Shown here: positions 11,359-19,624 of the stretch, one piece after another
Position numbering within the stretch: position 1 is the stretch's first letter
How the letters are laid out: every line of letters begins with the position of its first letter
Assembly: GCA_024626585.2 (NCBI GenBank)
Contig: JANKJI020000004.1
Coordinates: forward strand, 16,089,605 to 16,109,228
Direction of reading: 5' to 3'
DNA: 19,624 bases
Origin: Ginkgo biloba
Taxonomy: Eukaryota; Plantae; Ginkgophyta
Translations under genes and position numbers: made by a program
Notes under the pieces: generated by a model
Seen by the model: only the letters and a program-made list of their open reading frames with translations
Database searches by the model: none
Told to the model about the DNA's origin: nothing

Positions 11359-11434
11359 GGATGAATGGAAAGAATTTCAGAAGACAATTCAGGAAGACTT
11401 GCAGGAAGTAGACTATCGCCTAGAAGAAGAGGAG
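11359..11434 (+). CDS. ARS1: Internal coding exon of ARS1/ZNF830 (CCDC16)-family nuclear protein
   Basis: Acceptor tgcag at 11354-11358, exon G GAT GAA TGG... = (K)DEWKEFQKTIQEDLQEVDYRLEEEE, donor gtataa at 11435. Resembles my recollection of the Arabidopsis ARS1 segment KDEYKEFEKLIQDDLQVVDSRMEEEE. Confidence 0.9.
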
Positions 11435-11672
11435 GTATAATAACTGGCTGATTTATACAGGCAATCTTGTGGGTTGCCTGTTTTTTAGGAGCATCTAGGA
11501 GCTTTACTGGACATAATGTTATCCTGAAATGGTTTAGGCAAATGGATTTCTGGTCATTANNNNNNNNNNNNNNNNNNNNNNNNNNTCTTCAGGAGAAATT
11601 ACTGTGCTTTTTGTTATCCGCTATTTATAGTCAGTGTTATTGCACTTCTAATATGATTTGTTCCATTTGCAG

Positions 11673-11719
11673 TTTGATGCTGCTGAGGTGAGAGAGGAGA
11701 TGGAACATCTAGAGCAAAG
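11673..11719 (+). CDS. ARS1: Internal coding exon of ARS1/ZNF830 homolog
   Basis: Acceptor ttccatttgcag, phase-0 start FDAAEVREEMEHLEQ + AG, donor gtttga at 11720. In frame with both flanking exons and continues the EEEE-xDAAE motif. Confidence 0.9.
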
Positions 11720-11899
11720 GTTTGAATCTAGAGAACGATATAAGAATACTGCACTTCTAGCATAACACCCTGTTTTAGATTCTGTATTTGTTAGATACTG
11801 TTTTTTCTTTCCTCTCTTATTACTGAAAGTTCGTAATTTTCAGCTCTCTTTTTTTAAAGAAACTTTGAAAAGGCATGATAATCCAAGCTTTGCTTGCAG

Positions 11900-12080
11900 G
11901 GCATACATGGAACGCATAGAGATGTTAAAAAAAAAGCAACAGGAAATATCCATTGCAAAAGCTTCAGCTGGAGTCAAATCTCCCTCATACATGGGTGCTG
12001 AGAGTAGTGATGTTTCTTCCAGTGATGAAGATGAGGATGAGGAAAATTACCTGATTGATTGGAGAGCTAAGCATTTATGA
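11900..12080 (+). CDS. ARS1: Terminal coding exon of ARS1/ZNF830 homolog
   Basis: Acceptor gcttgcag, AG|G completes R, then AYMERIEMLKKKQQE...SSSDEDEDEENYLIDWRAKHL* (TGA 12078-12080). The acidic tail plus DWRxxHL C-terminus is characteristic of plant ARS1/ZNF830 proteins. Confidence 0.92.
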
Positions 12081-15000
12081 GAACAGATTCAAATCAGAAG
12101 CCCCTTTAATTAGATTTTAATTTCTTNNNNNNNNNNNNNNNNNNNNNNNNNNNAGCTTTTCTGTTTGATTCTTCAGTTCCAGCTGTGCTGTTAATGGTTT
12201 GGTTATGCTTCCCTCCCTTGAATTGTGACATTGTTCACTACACCAAGGAGAGAGGCCTTTCCTTTTTTGGAGTGTTATCTAAAGCCTATTCATTTGTTAG
12301 CTATGTTATTAATAGTTGCAATCTGAAAGTAATGTTGTCTCCAAGTAATTGACTAGACATTTGTACAATCCCCACAGCCAAGGATCATCTCCCATATTAT
12401 ATCTAAACTTGNNNNNNNNNNNNNNTACATCTTGCATGGCTGTTACATGAGTACTATACTGCTAGTTTTCTATCATTGTGCATCCTGTGAAGATGTTCTG
12501 CAATAACCCAAATGCTTGATCTATTGTTTCCCAATAAAGGGAACTGTCAAATACTCAATTTTACCTTCTCTCCATGATGTGCCCCAACTTAACCGAAGCC
12601 ATGAGAAAATCAAAATCATCCAGGAGGTGGCAAGGAGATGAACTGAAGCGAAGTGACGAAAGGAGGGAAAACATTGCTATAAAAAGAACTAATAAGTAAT
12701 TACTTGGTGGTCTCCACTCCCAAGAGGCATGTTTTGTGCTGAGGTGAGTTTTTGATTTCAGTCCATTGTGGCGTGAGCTCAAAATGTTCTATCAGCATGC
12801 CTTGACACTTACATGCATTTTTGTTATCGACATAATGCGTTTCATGTTGTCTTATCGTTGTTCCATCCTGAAACCACTAAGGAAGAAGCATTTAACTGGG
12901 CAAGATGTTCACCCTGGACCCACTAAATCCTAACCCTGAATCTCCTAATATGTAAGTAAAAATCTTAACCTAATCTGCTGTCGTGGGAGATCTCAAACCC
13001 CCAACTACACTTCCTATAATTTCATTTGATAGAGAGAACATTTGTAAACGAGTAACTTCCAGCATTGGCTTGTCGTCATCTAATACTGAAACATGGATTG
13101 CAAAATTCCAAAATCAAAATTCCTAGCTTTTGTATTCCCTAGACCTCAGAATTTTGAAACCATATTTTTCTTTTTGAGTTAACGTATAATAACTGATGTG
13201 GGCATGGGAGAATGTATTCATGAAATTGTGTACACCAAGCTGATTTCAAAGTACAAAGGCGGGTAGTTGTGTCGAGATCAAGGTATTGTGAACTATGCAG
13301 TATTGTTAAATTACGCAAACAATGTAACAAGCTTTGTCAACTCCTGTGCAACTACCCATTAGAGGTTTAATAGGGAGTGGCATTATGCATGCTAAATAAT
13401 GGTTAGACAAAGGTCATTTAGTAAATAGTTAGGCATTAATGGAAGTTGTCTTTTAGTTGTAAGACCACATAGGAAGACAATAAATAGGTGGTCAATCATT
13501 GTACTATTCTGAGAGCTGTGTTAGAGATTAAATTGCTACGTGAGAGGGTGTTTGACTTATTTCTCTATTTGTTTATCATTGAATTTATAATACAGATGTT
13601 GCTAATCTGTCTCTCATTGATATGCATGCTTGCAATATGTATGCTGTTATCATTTAGAGTATTCGTTTATAAAAACATCATAACAAGCCATGCATGCCAA
13701 GTGAATACATTCGTGAGAACATTTGTCTGCCATAAAATTATAAACGATATTCCATCAAGCTTCTAATGAACCATGAGATCAACCCATAGACTAAATATCA
13801 TAGAACCTCAATTGTAAGGCGAGGAGCCTTTTGGATATGGACCACTTCCAAATTTTTGGTAGATAAGGTCCGAGTGACATTGGATTTTCTCGTTGTTATA
13901 AAATAAGGCTATGAGTTCATACAAAAAAACCATCCTTGCCCTACACAACCTTTTAGAAGATGCCACTTTGAACCCTAACATGGTANNNNNNNNNNNNNNN
14001 NNNNNNNNNNNNNNNNNNNNNNNNNNNNNNNNNNNNNNNNNNNNNNNNNNNNNNNNNNNNNNNNNNNNNNNNNNNNNNNNNNNNNGATTTTAATTTAAGT
14101 TGAAGTTGATCATAAGTTATAGCTTTAAAATTTCATAAAGAACATTGAGTGGAAAGAAAAAGATGAAGATGGTTATACAATTTATCATAGTAAATATTTA
14201 TGTAGAACTTCTTAAGAGGAGGAAAAAATATTTCATTAATGAGTGAAATACCTAAATAATATGGGCTTCAAGAAGGATACCATAAGAAAAAATACATGAA
14301 CATGGAAGAGCATCTTAAATATTTGTAATGCTTATAATGTAAGGTCGAAGATGTGGATTATAAGGTCATTGATAGTTTAGTTAGTAGCATGCTATAGTAT
14401 GCTAAGAAGTTGTCATTTTGTTCCAACTTTGTCCCAAGTGATATGATGTTTACATTAGTTTTATGTAAGATGAAACAAAGGGATAGTCATTAAAAATGAC
14501 AATTTAGAAAGGCCAAGATTGGTTTTTGTATTCAATGAAAAGTGTAATCATTACAATCATATGGTAACTTTTTGCAAGTTGGATATGATTTGATAAGAAT
14601 AAAAAAATTGGGCCAATGAGTTTATTGAAGGAACAAAGAAGTCTATGGGTGGAGTTTCCAAGTTTACCGTAGTCATGAATAGCATTGTAGGGATTTAGGA
14701 AGAGAAATTAGATGTAAGCAATATGGATCTCATATATTATAATGCCTTAGTTGTCTATTAAGACTACGGGGGAATTATTTAAAGTGGTTATAGGGATATT
14801 ACAAACACTTTTGGCATGTTGAATTGGAAGATATTTATTACATGGAATAAAGTATTGATAAAAAGGTATACTNNNNNNNNNNNNNNNNNNNNNNNNNNNN
14901 NNNNNNNNGTATAGTTGCTCATGCATGTAAATTTAAAATTTTAATCTTGGTTTGTCAACCACAATACATCTTTAACGTCATGTGTATACATATTTTGGAT

Positions 15001-15452
15001 TAGTTGATCAACTTATGATAAATAAACTAATACCTCTAGTATAAAGAGAAGGAAATTATGACCTATTGAGATAAAAATGTCTCTATTGTCAACACAAGGC
15101 ACACAAAGTCCTTGTTTATTCAATCTAGCATCTCATATGGTGATAATAATAGAAAGCATTGTGATGATTCCATAACAATGTCCCTCTTTCTAAGATATAA
15201 TAAAAAAGAAGAGTCACATGGTGGCGAGTCCCTTCCCTCTTTTAATACAAAATTTAGATATATTAAAAAAAAATAGAAATAAACATAAATATAAATAACA
15301 AGATTAGAAATATGTCCATGATTAGTGATATGTCTTTGAGATAAATTAATTAAAGAACATGAATCATGTGTCCCTTCCTCTGGGAAGAGATAATAAAGTT
15401 GTATGTTGTATTGCCATGGAACTTGCCAACTCAAATTGATAATGGTGGACTT

Positions 15453-15487
15453 CCTACATTAACCCAAACTCCCTACATTAACCCAAA
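15453..15487. repeat. Short tandem duplication CCTACATTAACCCAAA x2 (19-bp period)
   Basis: Exact 16-mer at 15453 and 15472. Confidence 0.85.
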
Positions 15488-15582
15488 TCGTTAAGTGTTA
15501 ACATCAGACAAACTTGTTGAATACTTGTGTATGTTGAACTCTTGTTGTGATTTTTGCAGCGTTGCTTGAAAAATTCCTTGCA

Positions 15583-15640
15583 TGAGGAACATATATTGAA
15601 GAGTTGTTCTTGTGTGAGGAACATATTTTGAAGAGTTATC
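15583..15640. repeat. Short tandem duplication TGAGGAACATAT(A/T)TTGAAGAGTT x2
   Basis: Two near-identical copies about 32 bp apart, in an LTR-like context. Confidence 0.8.
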
Positions 15641-16200
15641 ATGTTGTGGAATGTGACTCATATATTGTATGCCAATGTTATTTTTCCTTATTTGGTGGTT
15701 CTATCTCTTCAATTTGTTTTCGTCTTCCTCCCTTGTTTTCTCTTTGAAGTCATTGGCGTGTTCTACTTTTGCTCTATCTTATATGAATGTTGTGTGCAAC
15801 TTTGCAAGGCATTTTTATATCTCTACACGATCATTTTGTACCTTTTCATTATTTTCACCAACTCTTGTAAGTTTCAAGAATATGTAGGGTAATCTTTAGG
15901 TCCCACTTAGGGGAATAATCCCTTATGCTTTCCATTGACAATTATAGTTTGTTAAAATGTGAATCTAGAGTTTATAAAAGCTTGATATATGTGACCAAGG
16001 GCTAAATGAGAAGGGTCACAAGTGGACTAATAAAAGTGGGGCTTGGAATAAAAGGTAGGGATGACAAAGATTAAAATGCATATTTTGCATCACTTGGAAT
16101 ACGATTGGCCTAAATCACTTTTGAGGGTTGAACTTCATAATTAATTTGTAATGATGGAGCTTTAAAATAAATTATGTTTATTTTGATTGATATGTAGTTC

Positions 16201-16460
16201 TAAGGACAAAGAGGCAACTAAGGGGTGGAGAACAAAGATGTGTGGGGGGTTGGATATAAAGCAAATCACAAGTAGTGGGAGTAGGCGTACAAGTCTATGG
16301 CAAGATAAAGGGATGCCTTTCTTTTGATTGTTGTGTAGGTTGTAAGGACAAATGGGCAACTGAGGTTTGGGGAGTAGAGATGTATGGGGGCTTGGATATA
16401 AAGCAAATCACAAGTAGTAGGAGTCGGTGTACAAGTCAATGGCAAGTTGAAGGGATGGAG
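16201..16460. repeat. Tandem duplication, period ~142 bp
   Basis: TAAGGACAAA at 16201 and 16343. TTGGATATAAAGCAAATCACAAGTAGT occurs in both copies, each followed by GTACAAGTC.ATGGCAAG. Confidence 0.88.
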
Positions 16461-16519
16461 AGCACAAAGTCTACAATGTAGCAAGAGTGGCTAATTTGCA
16501 TTCTAAAGTAAAAAACATA

Positions 16520-17870
16520 TCACAATTAATAAATGGTGAGGCAAATGCCCACCATGCTTCACTCATTGTAGGATGAAGCCACTTAGAACAACAAAAGTTG
16601 AACACAATCTAATTTAAGGCAAGTTTCAACTTACATAATTGTTTTGTATGAAATATTTTTAGAGTGAAGATTGACTCTATGAGCTTGGTGAAGTGGATTG
16701 GCTCTTCACATCCTAAAGAATTGTGATAAATTGGCCCTGACTGACCATCGATATCGAGATGGCACAATATTGGTCCATAAGGTTGTTAAGATTGTAATTG
16801 CAAAAAGGAAGGTAATGAAAGGTCATTGTAGGNNNNNNNNNNNNNNNNNNNNNNNNNNNNNNNNNNNNNNNNNNNNNNNNNNNNNNNNNNNNNNNNNNNN
16901 NNNNNNNNNNNNNNNNNNNNNNNNNNNNNNNNTGATGCAAGGAATCATATGGAATTCACAACTTAGGAATTTGACCCACTCTCATAAAGATCCATCTCCA
17001 AGTACATATAATGACTTATTCCTAGATCAATTACTAGCTTCACTACCACCTAAATGAAGTGTCGACCATGCCATCCACTTAGAGCCAAGATTAAATCCAA
17101 CCTCTTGACCCCCATATTAAAATCCACTCAAACATGTTGCTAAACTTGAAAATCACTAACAAGATCTTCTCAACAAAAAATACCTTTGACCTAGTACCAA
17201 CCAATTTGGGTCTCTAGTTGTAATGGTGAGGAAAAAGTATTACTTAATGAGGTTATGCGATAACTATAAATCTTTCAAAAATATGCTAGTTAAAAATTGA
17301 TATACATTACTTATATCAGAGATCTCCTTAATCAACTATAAGGAGCTATACTTTTTCTCAAAAATCAACCTTTGATATAACTATCACTAAATCATAATCA
17401 AATTTGGGGATGTTCATAAGACAACGTTCTGCACAAATTATGGCCACTATGAATACCCAATAATGCCCTTCAATATCACCAAGGCATCAACAATAGTAAT
17501 GATCCTCAAGAATAAATTATTTCATCGCGACCTTGATAAATTAGTCACCATCTATCTCCATGATATCTTAATCGTCTCTTAATTCCTCAAAGAACATAAA
17601 ACCCACTTAGGCACCATCTTTCATACTATAAGAAAATCAACTCTAAAACCATCTGAAGAAATTCGAGTTCCTCGAAACTAAATTATATCATATCAACATT
17701 TGGTATCATTGTAGATCTTAAAAAGATTAATACCATCTTACTATGGGCAAAGACAAAAATAGTAATGATATTTGTACCTTTCTAGGGTTAGGCAACTTCT
17801 ATTAAACAATTATCAATGGTTTTGCCAAAATACCTACCCCTTTAAACAAATTACTTAAAAACAACACATA
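16520..17870 (+). pseudogene. Degenerate Ty3/gypsy pol (protease remnant and reverse transcriptase)
   Basis: LPPK*SVDHAIHLEP, PSTNQFGSLVVMVRKK, GAILFLKINL*YNYH*, DVHKTTFCTNYGHYEYPIMPF (GHYE at 17442), IYLHDIL (YLDD decayed, 17553-17564), FLGLGNFY (17779-17802), FAKIPTPLNKLLK. Upstream LIVG*SH and VDWL resemble protease motifs. Confidence 0.92.
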
Positions 17871-18339
17871 AGCCTAAAGGTTGAGAAGATATAAATTTCT
17901 TGTTTAATATGCATGTTGTCAATGAATTAACAACCACTTATTTTAGAATGTTTGTGACCTTTATATACTTATATTTATAGGTTTTGTTATGTTTTTCACA
18001 TTGTAATTTTTTCCCTTCATCTTTGTACCTAAATGTAATTATTGAGCCTCAATAATGCCTCGCATTTTTAATTATTATGAAAGTTTGTCATTTATGAAAA
18101 CAATCATTAGCAAGATTAGAGTCTTTGTAGTGTGGCAATTTGCCACATGTTTTTTAGAGGGGGGGGTGNNNNNNNNNNNNNNNNNNNNNNNNNNNNNNNN
18201 NNNNNNNNNNNNNNNNNNNNNNNNNNNNNNNNNNNNNNNNNNNNNNNNNNNNNNNNNNNNNNNNNNNNNNNNNNNNNNNNNNNNNNNNNNNNNNNNNNNN
18301 NNNNNNNNNNNNNNNNNNNNNNNNNNNNNNNNNNNNNNN

Positions 18340-18388
18340 AACTCTTCAACTCAATTTGCATCAAAAACTCTTCAACTCAATTTGCATA
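18340..18388. repeat. Tandem AACTCTTCAACTCAATTTGCAT x2 (26-bp period) next to an N gap
   Basis: Two exact copies visible. More may lie in the adjacent gap. Confidence 0.8.
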
Positions 18389-19437
18389 AGATTCATGGCA
18401 TATTGGGCCTTTAAAACCATCGAAGGACCCTCAACACAACCAACTTTGAGTATAACTTGAAATTGCAATATACAATGTGCACACACAACATATTGAAACT
18501 TGAAAGGAAAATAAGAAAGACAAATTTCTCTCTCACATGTGCATACACTCACACACAACTACCTTTTATTGCTATGAGGGATCATTATTTGGGGGAAAGT
18601 GAAAGTCACAAGGGACTTTTTCGTGGGGTTTTTATTCTTTAAGAAGCAAGAAAACCACATGAAGGACAAATTGAACGTGTTGAGGTCGGTCGGTCACATG
18701 CAAGATTTTTTATTCAAACGGGGGACTAAAAGTGTGCACATTTTTTAAGCACTTTTTCATCGCCAAAGTTCATCCAAAGAATGCTCAAACATTTTTTTAA
18801 TTAAAAAAGAGGAAAGAAAAAACAAAAAGCAGTTGAAGGGGACAAAGTAATGATATATTATGCAGATTTTCTTTCTTGCCTGCATTAAGTCATCACCATT
18901 CGGCGTGTCTTCTGTGGGTAAAAATCCAAAGAAGTTGAATTGAATTAGGAGTTTAAATTTTGACAGTCCAAAGTTTTCTCGTGCATATGCAGATCCCCTG
19001 TGATGCATCTTTCAATGATAATTTAATCGGCGCAACAGAAAAAATGTTGGGTAGTGTTGGACCGGATCAAGTTTTATATAATATTAGTCTGCCTTCGTAC
19101 CAGAAGCTTTCTCAAAGCAACTGTTATGGTCGGTTCATGGGACCCTTTCCTCTGTGTCTCAAGTACAAATATCACCATCGTTTTCATTAATATAATAACC
19201 TTTTTCCATCAATACAAAAAAAAATAGAATAACCATTTTTTATAAGCTTACCAACATTGATAAATTGCTCAANNNNNNNNNNNNNNNNNNNNNNNNNNNN
19301 NNNNNNTTCATTCGCTATGTTTTCGCTTTAATGTTTAAATACTTAGCGCGTGTCGCATCCTTTTCTATGAATATGTTTTGTAGTTGGCTGATACGCATTC
19401 CATAACGAAATAAAAGTCTTATTTTAAATTTAATCCA

Positions 19438-19478
19438 CCAACGGTTTTTAAAAAAAAAAAAAAATTAAACCAACGGTT
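19438..19478. promoter_or_regulatory. Pair of MSA-like (MYB3R-binding) motifs CCAACGGTT
   Basis: CCAACGGTT at 19438-19446 and 19470-19478, separated by a poly-A run. Contains the AACGG core of plant mitosis-specific activator elements. Confidence 0.45.
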
Positions 19479-19624
19479 ATTTTGCAAGTTGTTCGATGTC
19501 TCGTTTTCATCAATCTTTGGACGTTTTCTATTTTAAGAATTGTAAATTTGTAAGTGTGAGAAGACTCTCAAATGACCTAACTATAAGGACTATGCATGAA
19601 ACTATTAGTTTTTATGAATTGCAA

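Noticed and set aside
11865-11899. ORF-track N-terminus MKRHDNPSFAC as the gene start
   Set aside because: The start codon is TTG and this segment is intronic. The coding exon starts after the AG at 11898-11899.
13400-15900. Hydrophobic short ORFs (13488-13766, 15120-15434, 15641-15892) as membrane peptides
   Set aside because: Expected by chance from T-rich non-coding or LTR-like sequence. No splice or homology support.
16201-16460. CRISPR-like or other prokaryotic repeat array
   Set aside because: A two-copy tandem duplication in spliced-gene, retroelement-rich eukaryotic DNA, with no repeat-spacer structure.

Overview
AT-rich, gap-ridden eukaryotic DNA from a land plant, probably one with a large genome (gymnosperm-like; this is inferred from style and the 5S variant, not established). 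The one confident host gene is the last three coding exons (+ strand, 11359-12080) of an ARS1/ZNF830 (CCDC16) homolog ending in DWRAKHL*. Its earlier exons are not visible, so the first ~11.3 kb may be a single TE-filled intron. That stretch holds a tandem array of Cassandra-type TRIM retroelements with 5S rRNA-derived promoter boxes in their LTRs, a decayed Ty3/gypsy element (-) that appears to interrupt the array, and L1-type LINE relics (-). Downstream are a decayed Ty3/gypsy protease-RT (+), small tandem repeats, and a speculative minus-strand spliced transcript convergent with ARS1, preceded by two MSA-like CCAACGGTT motifs. I found no evidence of a wholly new biological system. The best leads are the Cassandra array and the possible orphan gene. 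All translations and alignments were done by eye.
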